Of a stretch of 64,000 bases of DNA, positions 35,799 to 48,527 are shown one piece after another. Positions within the stretch are counted from its first letter, which is position 1. Every line of letters starts with the position of its first letter. The stretch lies in the NCBI RefSeq assembly GCF_036321535.1, contig NC_087472.1:101310001-101374000 (forward strand). Reading direction: 5' to 3'. The position numbers and the translations under genes were made by a program. This stretch comes from Camelus dromedarius. Taxonomy: Eukaryota. Below the pieces are notes generated by a model, which was not told the DNA's origin, did no database searches, and saw nothing but the letters and a program-made list of their open reading frames with translations.

Positions 35799-35891
35799 AC
35801 TGCAGTATCATCTCCTGCAATGGGACTTCCTGCTGAGCATTCTCCCATCTCCAACACCAAGGCCACTGAATGCCTCCTCACCCACATGCAG
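35799..35891 (+). other. Candidate 93-bp internal exon (host transcript unknown)
   Basis: Branch-like ttttaac, pyrimidine tract and cttttcAG acceptor; CAG/gtgagt donor; length a multiple of 3, two frames open. Confidence 0.35.
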
Positions 35892-36719
35892 GTGAGTTGC
35901 ATAGAATTTGGACAGCCAATACCTTTTCTCTAGTTCTTAGCAGGCAATTAGGGACAATCACCCTGCACCAGGGAGAATTACCTTAGCACTCAGGTCTAGA
36001 AATGGAGCAGTGTCATGATAAACTGCTTCACTTCCACATACAGTGATCCAAATAAATATGTACCCCCCAGATAAAAACGTGTACACATATACACACAGTT
36101 TCTGTCTGGGGGCAAGTGGCAAGTGTCACAAATGACCATGGAGGGCGTGTGCTTGGGGAACCTGAGCTCTCACGCATACATCACTACCACATATGCAAGA
36201 CAAACCACACACGGCAGTGGCCACATGGTTATTGCAAGTGTCTCTGGGTGGCTGTTACATTGAAACCTAAAGATAAACTGAAGTAGAGGTAGATTCTCCA
36301 TATGTTTTCCACAAGCAAAATTATTTAGGATAAAATAGGCATGAATTATGAGTCAGTGCTGAAGAGAATAATTAGAGAAGAAAGATAAAGGAGCTAAAGT
36401 AGATGACAAAAGGGCAATACTCTGCCTAGGGTGATGTTAAGTAGACTGAGGCAAAGCAAATCTAGGTCTCAAAACTTCACTTCTGTGGAGGCAGATAGAA
36501 GACAGGTTCTTGATATGCATGACCATGATGACATCAGGTCAGAATCAATCTCTGTAATCTGAATTGAAGGGACTTGGGAGGGCATGATAGAGAAATGGTT
36601 CTGGTTAGGCAAGGATTTTCCCCCCATGGTTGACACACAAATTCACTTCGGTGTACAGGTTTAGAGAGCAAGCAGTTAGTCCAGGGTACCAGTGGGTCTT
36701 TCTTCCTAAAGGGACATTT

Positions 36720-38090
36720 AGATGAGAGAGATTAATGTGGCAAACCATAGCCTCCATTGGTGCAGGTGCACTTGGAACTGCAAATGGTATTTGCTATCTT
36801 CTTCTTCCACCATCCTTCCTAAGTTCCCTTCGCCTTCAGCTACCATCTCTCCTGGTCTCAGTGGCTTCTCTGGTAACGTGATCTGAATCCTCATTCCTGA
36901 GGAGTCTAAGCCTCAGTAACGATTTGCTTGTTCAACTGAGGTTGATGCACATGTCTCTTCACAATCACAGTCAAACAAGGGAGTACCATGTGGTGCGCAC
37001 ACGGATCACGTATGTTCCTCCCTGCCCCTGCTGTGTAAAAGTAGCCCAAGCTTCTCCTGATGATCAGTGTCAATTGCCCCTGTAGGATAGTGACTCCTTA
37101 TTTGCCTGCTGGACCTAGGACACAGGGAGCACAAGTTGTCTAGGTGACAGGTGTAGCTTGCGGTGGTGTCTTCTAAAGGGGGACTTTGGTGGTAAGAGTA
37201 TGCCCCCTTTGGGACATCGTAATCCAGGGGAGCCCAAAGTTGAAGTGATGGGAAGCACCAAGTTCCTGAGTGGGTCACTGGCAATAATGGTAAGTGAGAT
37301 CTCTCCTACTTCTATTTCTTGGTTCACAGATCCATGTACCTTTCCTGTGGGGGACACAGTGCCACATTGACACCCCTGATTCAGTGTGTATACTGAATCC
37401 TGGGGGATGGCACTTCATCCTTGCCAAGTCTTGCCTCTGAGCTGGCATTTGAGCTGTACCTTCCACAGGCAATCCTATTGCTCTGTGATGGCCAGTTGTA
37501 TTCTGAATGTAATACAACCAGTGGATCCCATGATTATGAGCCCACTCCCCCACCTCCTATGGTGTGAAATGAAACATTCTGGTCAGATGCTATGTTATAT
37601 GCAATCAGGCATTTTGTAAGCCCTTGCATAGTGGAGCTGGTGGAGGCTCTGCAGGCAGAAAAGGCAAACCTATATATGGATTAAGTATCTATTTCTGTGA
37701 GAATGAACAGCTGGCTTTTCCAGCATGGAAGGGACCCAAATGAAGTCAATTACTATCAAGTAGCCTGTCAGTCTCCTTAAGGAAATGTACCGTATTGGAG
37801 GCTCAACATTGCTTTATGGTGCTATCCGGCTGGGCTACTGAGGTAGCAATAGTAGATTTCTATAGGGCCCCTTTGTGACCTAAATTTCTGCCGTCATGGT
37901 TACACCATTGTTTACATTGTGCCAGTTTTGTGGTGGCCGATGACAGACCCTGGATGGCATCCACTGGCCGGGTCATTTTGTCTACTTGGTTGTTCAGTGT
38001 CTCATCCATGGCGCATGCTTTCTGGTGGGTGTTAACATGAGAACCATGGATCTTCACACTTTGTACCCACTTACATATGTCCATCCTCAT
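36720..38090 (-). mobile_element. ERVL internal fossil: RNase H end, integrase and dUTPase-like region
   Basis: VKIHGSHVNTHQK...NNQVDKMTRPVD; WKSQLFILTEIDT; WAHNHGIHWLYY; HGSVNQEIEV...SDPL...KGGILLPP; GAIDTDHQEKLGLLLHSRGREE, all resembling HERV-L/MuERV-L pol-dUTPase. Confidence 0.88.
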
Positions 38091-38210
38091 GCCAGAATTA
38101 GTCACCATGCTCACCCAAACACAAGGGAACCGAGAAGTGTGTTCTAATTTATATGCTTAGAAAATGAAGGGCAGGAAATACTTGGAGAATAGCAGTAATG
38201 ACTACCACAT
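38090..38210 (-). mobile_element. MaLR LTR fragment (MLT1J/K-like)
   Basis: ccagaattagtcaccatg...aagggaaccgagaagtgt...aatgactaccaca. Confidence 0.5.
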
Positions 38211-39822
38211 TTGTTATGCTCTGCTAAAAGGGTCTCAAGGCATGCTCTTTCTCTAATATTCTACAGGGTTTTAGTGAAAGTAAATGTTTACTTACTGCTT
38301 TCTTTCTTCCTAGAATCCAAGCAATGTTTCCTTAGGGCTGGGTTAGAGACAGTATAGCTGCTGGATTTTACCCGGAACACTATTCCCTTTTGCTTTGTTA
38401 CTAGTAAAAGCATGTTATTCCTGGTGGTTTTTTTGTCCTGTTAGGGAGGGATTTTTTAAAAGCAACTGTTCAATATTCATGCAAATAGGCTTCTGGTGAG
38501 CCCACCCAACCGATGGGCCAGTCATGCCCACGTACATCTGGATCCCACTGAGACACAAGTCTCGCCTCCCACCATGCTTATATTACTATCTATATATTTT
38601 TGGCCTTCTACTGATTCTCTCCCCAACTACAATATAAGCTTCTTGAATGTTGAGACTGTGTCTCCTTTCTCTTTATACCCCCAGTTCCTAGGACAGTATT
38701 CTATCTACTTAAAATACTTTGTTACATTTGTCATTGGAGATGAAATGATTCTAGAAAACAAACAAAACAGGTTGTATGACAAAGATAGACACTCATGGAA
38801 ATAATTCAAGGCAAACAATTCTCAGAGGATAAACAGGACCCAGAATGCTTTTTACCCAGGACACCCACTGCTCTGACCTCTGGCAAACAGAACCTCTGCG
38901 AGTTAGAGGGCCTGGTAGACATTTTGTTGCAAATGTTCAGAGGGTTGCAACCTCTCAGGAAGATTTGATTGAATCTGAATGTCAGAAAATGGGACATCCT
39001 TATCCAAGTCTGTATTAATTAAAAGAGTGTAACCATTTTATTTTATGTGCAAGACCTTAAGGTGCTCAAGGCCAGCATTCTCAAGTTGAAAAAGTTGGTC
39101 TTCGGGGTCCTTGCTTTTGTTTCTATTCCTTTCTCCATTTTAACTTTTACCCCCAACCCAGAAGCAAAAACAAAATGCCTTCTATTTGAAGAAACCAAGA
39201 AATTGTTTTGATATTTTGTTTTATGACCCAAACCTATATATTACTGGCTGCCAAGGCATTATTTCTCCCTGCACACTCATCATTCATAGCTACAGGGGTG
39301 AAAATATTCCAAAATAGTATGTAATGTCTGTTACACATTTAGATGCATAAATTTTGGTTGTCAAGATGGTGATTTAATAGAAACTTATAGATTCATTGCA
39401 GAATATTTTTAATGCCTAGGTTTTTTTTTTTTTTAAAGAAAAGTGTGTGTATTCTTTTCATTTCTCTCTTCTTGGAAATGTTATTTCTTTGTAATATAGT
39501 CCTTTATTTATCGTGGCTGGGTCTAACAAATTTTGGCAATAGGCTTAATGAAAATTAAGGGAAAAGCTTTTATCCTCTTAAGAGTCAGGAAGTAAAGCAT
39601 CTTGATTTCACATCCATCATGTCAGTAATAAACCCAAAGGCTCAGGTCCTTTGACATCAGGTATGTAAATTGAATATGGAATTTCTCATCTTAACATATT
39701 ATCTCTTTGGGACTATAAATCTTTGACATTGGATTAGCTCTCTGAGAATTCAGGTTTGTGCCAGTCTGTATTATTTTGTGTGTTTTTAGTCTAATTTTAA
39801 ATTTTTATTTTTAGTGCTTTTA

Positions 39823-40216
39823 TTTTTTAATTTTTATTATTGAAGTATTGTCAGTTACACTGTGTCAATTTCTGGTGTACAGCGTAATGTTCCAGTCATA
39901 CATACACGTATATTTTCCTTTTCATAGTCTTTTTCATTATAGGTTATTACAAGATATTGAATTTGGTTCCCTGTGCTATATGGAAGAAACTTGCTGTTTA
40001 TCTATTTTGTATATAGTAGTTAGTATCTGCAAATCTCGAACTCCTAATTTATCCTTTCCCACCCCCTTTCCCCTGGTAACCATAAGATTGTTTACTATGT
40101 CTGTGATTCTGTTTCTGTTTTGTAAATGAGTTCATTAGTGTCTTCTTTTTTCTTTTTTTAGATTCCACATATGAGTGACATCATATGGCATTTTTCTTTC
40201 TCTTTCTGGCTTATTC
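39823..40216 (-). mobile_element. 5'-truncated artiodactyl-type L1 3' UTR
   Basis: Same 3' UTR type as 27475-27860; perfect 17-bp TSD tatttttagtgctttta at 39806-39822 and 40217-40233. Confidence 0.93.
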
Positions 40217-40963
40217 TATTTTTAGTGCTTTTAGAACTGTCATTTCTTTCTCTTTCTCTTTTTGGCTCCCCCTCTCTCATTCACTTGCTCTTGTCCTCGC
40301 TCTCATTCTCATCGTTGCTTAATTAGCTTGATGTTACTGATCTTCTCCACTGAGTGCCTCACTGGTTTTGGCAGGACCTTTTTTGCAAATCACTCCTCTG
40401 GGCTATAAATTGACCTTCACCCAGTAAGATTATCTTGAAGGGGAACTAAGGTGTCCCTCAAGTGTCACTAAAAATAAGTTGTCTCTACCTGTTTTTAGAA
40501 CCATTGTAATATTTTCAAGCTCCTGAAATCAAAGTTCAATTTTTTTAGCCTCATGTAAGTGGTCCAGAATGAAAGTCAGGATGTAAACTGTGAGAATATT
40601 TTTCAAGTAATTTGAATAATTCCTCACTGGGAATTTAAGTTGTAAATGCCTTTGCTACATTCTTTTGAAAATTGGGACAGGAATGAGTTACATAGTGAAC
40701 AAACAGCTGACATTTCTGTGCAATGGAAAAAGCAATGATGATTTTACTTTATTGTGTTTAGCAATTCATCTTCAGGAACTGAGCCATTCTTAACAGCTGA
40801 GGCTAGGGAAAAGGAGGGAAAGTAGCCAAAAATGCCACTAGAAATTGTGCTGTGTCTCATCCCATTGACGGTCATCTCAGACTTTGGAGAACACCACCAA
40901 TGCAGGACAAATGATCAGAATATTATAGAATAATATATGATTGGAACAGAGAGGAACCATAAG

Positions 40964-41283
40964 GCAGCGCTGTCCAATGGAAGTATGATGTGAACCTCTT
41001 GTGTAATTTATAATTTTCCAGTAGCACATCAAGAAAAGTGAAAAGAAACAAGTGATTCAAATGGTGGTAACAAATTTAATTTAATACAGTATATCCAAGA
41101 TATTATGGTTTTAACATGTGATCAATATAAAAATATTAACAAGATTTTTATATTGTTTTTGGCACTAAGTCTTCAAAATGTGGTATGTATTGTACGTTTC
41201 CAGCATATATCAATTTGAGCTTGCCACATTTCAAGCGTTCCATGGCCACACGTGATGACTGACTCCCACAGCTGACAGAGCAG
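40964..41283. mobile_element. MER33 inserted in a MIR3-like relic (flanks about 40915-40963 and 41284-41430)
   Basis: cagcgctgtccaat...taacatgtgatcaatataaaaa...gccacatttcaagcg...ctgacagagcag. Confidence 0.8.
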
Positions 41284-41829
41284 GCATGGAGAATATCTCA
41301 TCCAAAACTCTCTCTATGACAAATAAGGACTCAAGAACCAGAGAGATTAAGCTACTTGCCACACTGTGTCAGAGAGCAAGACTCAAACCCATATCTTCTC
41401 ATTACCTCTCAAGGCCACTTTCCACTACTTCAAGAGGGTTTTTTTTTTTTTTTTTGCCTAAAATCTTACTGACTTCCTCCTCCAAAATCTCAGTTTTACT
41501 TCACCTTTGCAGTTTTCATCCAGAAAAATAATCTTACAACAGAAACAAGAGGAGCAAAGACAGATTCGCATGTGAGGCTTCAGCAGTGATCTCATGCCAG
41601 GCTTAAGAAAGAGGTGAAGAGATATTTAACAGTATTTTAAAAGCCTCTATCTGGTTTAAATGAGTTAAAAATCTCTAAGCCTGGGAAAATTATATCCAGG
41701 GTCATTGAAAGAATAAGTAGATGAGATAACAGAACCGCTATTGGTTACCAGGAAAATGATAGAGAAGACAAGAAATGCTAGATGATTGACACATACCCAG
41801 ATTTTTCAAATGGAAAAGGCAAATGATGC

Positions 41830-42070
41830 TAGTAGCAAACACATACATAGTACTTACTAGGTGTCAGACACTGGTTCTGAGTGCTTTGCACATATGGATT
41901 CATCAGTTCTTTACAAAAACCTTATGAGATAGGTACTAATACTATCTTTTCAGATGAGGAAACTAAGACACAGGTTAAGTAGTCTGCCCAAGATGTATTG
42001 CCAGTAGGTAGCAGAGCCAGGATGTGACTCTGGAGTCTAAATTCTTTGAATTGGCATTGCACCATACTGC
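41830..42070 (-). mobile_element. MIR
   Basis: acttactaggtgtcagacactg...tttcagatgaggaaactaagacacaggttaagtagtctgcccaag. Confidence 0.85.
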
Positions 42071-43544
42071 TCACAGATTAAAGATTTCAATATTTGTCTA
42101 GTCCCCTACCCTCTCATCCTCCCTTTCCCCATAGCTAGGAATCATTTGATATCCTCTTGAAAGTTCAGCCCAAGGCAGGCTCTGGGGCAAGAGATGACTT
42201 CAGTAAGAGAGGTCCTAGTTCAAAGCCTTTGGTAATCCATCATATCCTAGTGGCTACCATCCCCACCCTGACCTTGTCCCTCAGTTTTGGGCTCTGGGTT
42301 CTTCCTTGCATTGTGCATCCCTAATTTAGGTATTGGATCCTAGCTTACAACTTGTGGACAGAAGACTGATATCCCAGTCTCCTCACGTCACTGTACAGAA
42401 CCTTCTCCTTGACTCTACTTGCCTGCCAGTTCTAGTCCCTGTTACCTCCTGAGACCTCCATGACACCAATTGCTTTGCCAAAGCATTGTGTGAAATTATA
42501 CTCTCTACTAACCATGTTCAATCTATGGGTCAGAACTTCTCCTGTCACTCAAATTGCCCCCAATTCCCTATTCATCCTAGTGACTGAGTCTAATTTCAAG
42601 GACCAGCCCTTCCCAGCTTGCTTGATTTGCACTGGTGAAACCTTCCAGTTATGAGTGAAACACCATTATACCAAGTCACTGAGCTGGGCATTGGTCCTTG
42701 GAAAAATTATAAGTGTATTGTTAAACAGTTGGTTGGAAACACTTAAAATGGAAATTGATTATTAAGAAATCCTTCTAAAACCAAGCTCAATTCCTCTTCC
42801 CCTCATCTGGATAGTGTTCCTAAAATTTCAATTAAAGAATGACAGACATAGTGTACCTGGGTCTCAGCAAGCTATTAAACAGAGTTAGCATGATATTTTT
42901 GTGGATGAGAAGCAATAAGTGTGATCTGGATGATAGATATGTGAATTCACCATCTGATCTAGAATGTCAGCTTTGAGCTGGATCTCCAATACTGTTGTGA
43001 GGGCCTTCCTCTTAACCCTATCATATTCTACTTCTTATTAAACATTCTAATAAACACTTCTGAGGAAAGCTCAGCAAATGTGTAGAAGATGCAGAATAGA
43101 GATGAATAGATTCCATGGCCAATGACATGTTCAGAAGTCAAAGGGTTCCCCACAAGCTAGAATGAAGGGTTAAAATGAACAAGATTAAATACTATAAGGA
43201 TGCATGTAAATGTATGTATTTTTGTTTAAAAATTAAACTATATGAAAGCAGTATGAAGGAGACATGGACCAACATTAGTATAGTGGTAGTAAAGGGGGAG
43301 TCATAGGACTTTTCTTTGTTATAAACTCAATGCAAGCCAAAAGTATGCACAGCTGCCAAGTATCGAATGTGATCTTGGAGTACATTAATTATAGTATAAT
43401 GGGAAAGCTAATCCCATTGTACTTGGTACCTGCCAGACTCTCTCTGGGTTTTTGTACTCAGATCATGGCAGGCTGACAAACCGCAATGGATCTGGGACAG
43501 GCAGCCAGGGTGGAAAAGGTCTGGAACTAATGGTATACAGGAGC

Positions 43545-43722
43545 CAGCTGGTGTTCACTTGCTGGAAATTGCTAAATATTCAGGAATTTTGTGAGCTGGT
43601 TGTTAAACCCTTGGTAGCTTGAAATGGGCCATGCTGTTGAGTATTTACACCATGGTAATTGGCAAATGCTATAAATCAGGACTTCTTGTTTTCCAGACAG
43701 TGGGTCTGTCAGGCTACCACTG
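43545..43722 (+). mobile_element. MER63A-like (hAT-Blackjack) MITE
   Basis: ttcaggaattttgtgagctggttgttaaac...gtagcttgaaatgggccatg...gagtatttacaccatggtaattggcaaatgct...accactg. Confidence 0.7.
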
Positions 43723-44794
43723 TCACTAATGTCCTGATATAAGAATGATTAAAGACAGAGAGGGTGTTACGTTCAATCAAAAAGGGAAAAACAAACTAGA
43801 GTTGGGGGAAGAATGAGGACTTCAGAGCTGTCTTTGAATACTTAAACAGTTTAGATTTTCTTTTTCCGCAGAACGGAGCAGTCTTCTCTAACACTCCCAT
43901 CTTTTATTTTTTTCCCAGAAAATCGTATTTTATTTTTCAAATAATTATGATAAAGGGGGTTCTTGCAAAAGTATCTTCAGACGATCAGATACAGTAGAAA
44001 GTAATCTTCTTTGAAGGTGGGAGCTGTGTTCTGTTCATCTTGTTGTCACCGATGCATTCCTTGTTCCACAGCTCAGGGGTAAATCCTGTTAAGAGGGGCG
44101 ATGTCTCCATTCAGATGGGGACGATTTCTTGGACTGATCAGACCACAAAGAATAACTAACTGTGGGACAAGAGTTCCAGATGAAATCTAGCAGTTTCTTG
44201 GACATCCAGTGAAGCCCTAACCTTGATACAAGCCAGGAGGGCTGCAAGTGACCAATCATTGGTCCCATATTGATGCTGTTATCAGCAGGTGGGGTAGGAA
44301 AAGCTGCTCCTGGGGGAAGAGTCAGGCCTGTGTCTTCGTTTCCTTCACACCACACACCTGACTGCCCTTTATATCAATGGGCTTGCAGAAGAAGCTCAAA
44401 ATGTTGGGGAAAGTGTAGGCATCATCTCATTCTCTTGGAAAGCCTCATCAGGGAGGGTTCACGGTGGCGTCATGGAAGCCCAAGAAAACAGGCACAAGAG
44501 AGCACGGGAGGCTGACATGGACAGTGACACCAGCTCTGAATCAGGTTTGGACTCAAGCAGGACAACAGAACTGACCTCTGCGGTAGAAGGTAACACTCCC
44601 ATCTTTACTCTAAGGACAGAACAGCTGAGCTCTCACAACCTCCCCACCCATTCAGAGGTGTGGCCCCAAACTGCCAGTCACTAGTGAGAAATTTCTCTGA
44701 AGTTTCTCATATTATCTTTAAAAGTTATACAAATTTTACATTTTATTCTATAAGAGATCTATATCTCTCTGAATATAAAAATAATGGACTAAAG

Positions 44795-44955
44795 AGGCCC
44801 TTCTCAAACTTTTCTGTGTATGAATCACCTGGGGATCTTGTTAACATTCAGGTTCTGATTGAGTAGGTCTGGAGGAAAGACTGAGACTCTGAATTTTTAA
44901 CAAGCCCCTAGGTGATGCCAAAGCTGCTGGTCTCTGCAAATTTTGAGTAGCATAG
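44795..44955. mobile_element. MER5A
   Basis: cttctcaaacttt...gaatcacctggggatcttgttaa...ttctgattgagtaggtctgg...tttaacaagcccctaggtgatgc. Confidence 0.85.
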
Positions 44956-45444
44956 GTTTAAATTATAGACTAGACTCTTCTCTTGCCTTCTTTTCCCCCA
45001 ACTCCGTCTTCCAGTAAATTCAGCATCCAGGGTGATACGCCATGTTTAATCTATTTAATCTGTCTCCCAGAGACACAAGCTTCTGGGAGTATACTCATGT
45101 GCCTCTGAAAAGCTTGGAGTTAAAACTTTTTAGACTTGTTTGTATTTCCTTATTAGTCCTCTTGTAGAAATTCCTTTGTACTAAACAGTACTTCAGCCTT
45201 GTACTTTCTACCTATATTAAGTATCATTATTAAAAAAACAGTGGAGGAAATTCATTCTTTGACTCACTGTAGGAAAATTGTCAAGGATGTCATCCACTAT
45301 GTTACATTCTGTTCTCTATTTGAGGACTCAGGGGAACTTCTCCAGTTTTATTTCTAGGAATTGCTTCTTCTGAACAATTTATTCTTTTTGATCTTACTAA
45401 TACCCTGAATCTTGTAATTGAATGTATTTTCCTCTTTCATGCAA

Positions 45445-45570
45445 CATTCATTCAGTGCACGTGAATTGAGCACCTGCTAGGTTTCAGGCACCAGTCTAGG
45501 TTGTTGGGACATAGCTGGGAACAAAAAAGACACATATTCCTGCTCTCATGGAGGCTTTTTGCAGTGTCTC
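45445..45570 (-). mobile_element. L2 3' end fragment
   Basis: cattcattcag...attgagcacctgctagg...caggcacc...cctgctctcatggag. Confidence 0.7.
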
Positions 45571-48044
45571 TTCCTTACAGTTATTAGGAAAAAATATCCA
45601 ATTGTTAGGCTATATGGGATCCCACTGGAGGCCACCTCCAACAAATTCAAAAGACCCAGGAAAAGACATCTCTGGTTTGAATTTGGCTCTTGGTTGTATG
45701 GATTTCCAACCCTCATCTTCTCTTTACTGGATTCCCTCAACTTTTTATTTTTCTCTTTGGTTACTATGTGCATATTATTAGTTGTAAGTGGCTCAAATCC
45801 TCTGTGGAATGAGGCAGTATATAAATAACACATTAAATATGTGGAGCTAGAGAAATCAGAACTAAAGCCAATGCAGTAAAGTTATAGGGAATCAAACTTT
45901 TGTCTCATATGCAAGTAGTCTAATGTCCTGAAAAGAAATGGCCCACCTTATAATATAGTGACTTTTTGGACACTGATATTGGCAGTTCACCTTTGAGGAA
46001 TTTTTATATGGTGTTTCCCAACGTGAGGGCATTTGTACTATATAATACCTCAAGTGTTTTCAATAATCAGATTGTATGAAAATGGCCATGATTTCAGTTC
46101 TGTAGACAACAGTGGCTCCTCCTTTCCCTGCTAGCCTCAGTATCTACTGGAGAAGATGAATTCTTTAGGAAAGGTGATGACTCTGGGGAATCCCACATGG
46201 AGGGAATTTTGGAGAGGCAGAAGGGCTTCTGCCAGAAAAGCAGCCCAGGGCTCAGATCCTCCACCTGGGATGTGTTTTGTGACACTCACTAAAATCTAAA
46301 CTCCTGCTTTTTCTTCTAACTTGTCTTGATCCAATTCATGGTTTTCTTCAGATGAATAAAATGTCCCTGTATTTATAGTGGATGCCGTAAACCAGCCAGC
46401 CATGATATTTTTTATATCATAAACAGCTGCTCTCTGAGCCGACACAGAGTAAAAGAGGTCGATTTGTATTTTTACGGCCAGATATGAAACCAGCTTTCAA
46501 TAATTTGGAAAGCACGTGCTGCCACTTGTGATCCTCAGGATGCTAATTTTTAAATGAGCCCCTAAAGATTGCAGAGACTACAATTAATATAATGCTGAAA
46601 GGTAGCCCCATTTTAGCCACTTACTCAAAAACAGGAAATTTTAAAGAATTAATTGATTTTAACTTCAATATGAAATATTGGCACTTGTGATGATACTACT
46701 CTGTGAATAGATAGAGGCAGTATTTATGACCTTTTTAACTACATTCCATTCACTGAAAAATGACAACTATGCTAAAGAAATACTTTCCTCCTTGCTGCCG
46801 GCTTCTCCCAACGAGAGCTTTTAGCAAAGGGCATGGAAAGTCCTGCCAATAAATAACAAAAATTTACTATCGCCACTATCATTTTACAGTCTTGCCCTCC
46901 CACAAGAGGAAAACAGAGAGCAGAACAGATGAAATCAACCTGCTTTGCTCAGCACCAAGGACATATTATTACTCAAACTGGGTGACTAAGGGGGAAGATT
47001 AGTCTAGAAGAAATACACAGACTGAAAATGATGTTGCCCCAGACATGTTTCGTGGTTGTTGTTGTCATCGTCATTATTCCAATTTTCCACCACTAATGGC
47101 TGTCTACCCCATTTTTTTCCAATGCCACGGAAATCAGAATTGTCTTCACCTTCTGAAGACACTGAAAGGCAGAAATCCCTTGAGTCGAAAGCCATCTAGA
47201 AGGAATCATTTCTGTCTTCCTTTTGTGGGACTGAGCATTCCTCTCCTGTGTGAGAGAGACTAGGATGCTTTAGAAAGTGCGTCTCTTCAGACTCCTTGAA
47301 TTAAGGGAGGAAAAGAGACAGAGCCAGAAAGAGCTTAACTGGAATGAAAAGTATTTTCCTGGACTCCGCTCTCCTGAATTAATCAGGTCCAGCATAGGCA
47401 GCTTAGAGAGCTTGTTAGGGAAAAATTCCTTTCTCGTATGACTGAGTATTTCTAGCCAGGCTGCATGCAGAGGAGTGCTTTCTAGCCTTTGGACCGGGCC
47501 ACTGCAGCCAGAATCCAAACAACTGTTTACTGTTCCTATAAGGAACTTTGATGATCTGAAAGGAAATAGCAGGATGTACAAAAAAGACCCAAATTTCTCT
47601 CCATTAGTGGTTTCAAGGGCTCTTGGTATAGTGATTCTTGAAATTACAATTACAGTTCATGAAGTTTCTCTGACAAAGCCCAGCTATTAGATTTGGTTTA
47701 ACAAAAGGAGCAGGGAGAACTCAGCCTCTATTTCAAAGAACCTCAGCTTTACCCTCCTTGTCTAAGTCGTTGAGGAAAATAGCTTGCACTGGGGGTGGAA
47801 AAATGTATCTTTCCTCCTTAGTAAGCATGTCTTTTTAAAATTTAGCCCAAGTTCTCTCTTTTTTCCCAGTGATTTGGGGCTTAATTCCCATATGCAGGCT
47901 ATTATTATCAAAGCTAATCCCTTTCTGCTCTAAATACATCTTTTATTATGCTGCAGATTTCAACAAGTTCTTACTACTCTTTCAGTTATAGCAATGGTAT
48001 ATCCAACTCTCCCTAAGCAAGACATTCACAGGAGCAAGAGACAA

Positions 48045-48260
48045 GGCACCAGTGATTAGTTGGGTGTCTGCGATGGATCAGGCACTGGCTAGACGATTTC
48101 ACCAGTGCAATTTAAGCCTCCATCCATATGCTGTAAGGGTAGTAATTATCCCCACCTTAGAGATAAAGAAACTGAGGCTCCACTTTCAAGGAGATTCAGC
48201 CATTCTCCCAAATTTCTACAGTTTAAACCCAGATAGTCTGACCTCAGAGCCCATGGTTTG
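48045..48260 (-). mobile_element. MIR
   Basis: caggcactgg...attatccccaccttagagataaagaaactgaggctc...tctgacctcagagccc. Confidence 0.7.
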
Positions 48261-48527
48261 ATATGCCAAATGCCTCTCATTAGGACAGATAATACAATCT
48301 GTATTTGGTAGATGGCAATATAAAGGCTAAGAAGGTTTCTAACATTCTCAGGCTCCCACAGTAATCCTTGCCAGCTTGATGTTCCTGGAAATCTGTTTAC
48401 TATACCAAGCCACTCAGTACAGCAGCTCAAGACAGATAATCTGGCTGAATTGAAGTGTTACCCGAGCAGTGTATAGACTAAGAGAAGCTCCAACTTCATT
48501 ATGGAACCTATCAAAAGTCACCTGATA

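Larger units (their letters stand above)
41660..43850 (+). mobile_element. Highly decayed L3/CR1 LINE RT region, interrupted by MIR and MER63
   Basis: Residual CR1 RT motifs: tatccagggtcattgaaagaa (PRV-KE), gacatagtgtacctgggtctcagcaagct (DIVYL-SK), agaatgaagggttaaaatgaacaagattaaa, gtctttgaatacttaaa. Confidence 0.6.
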
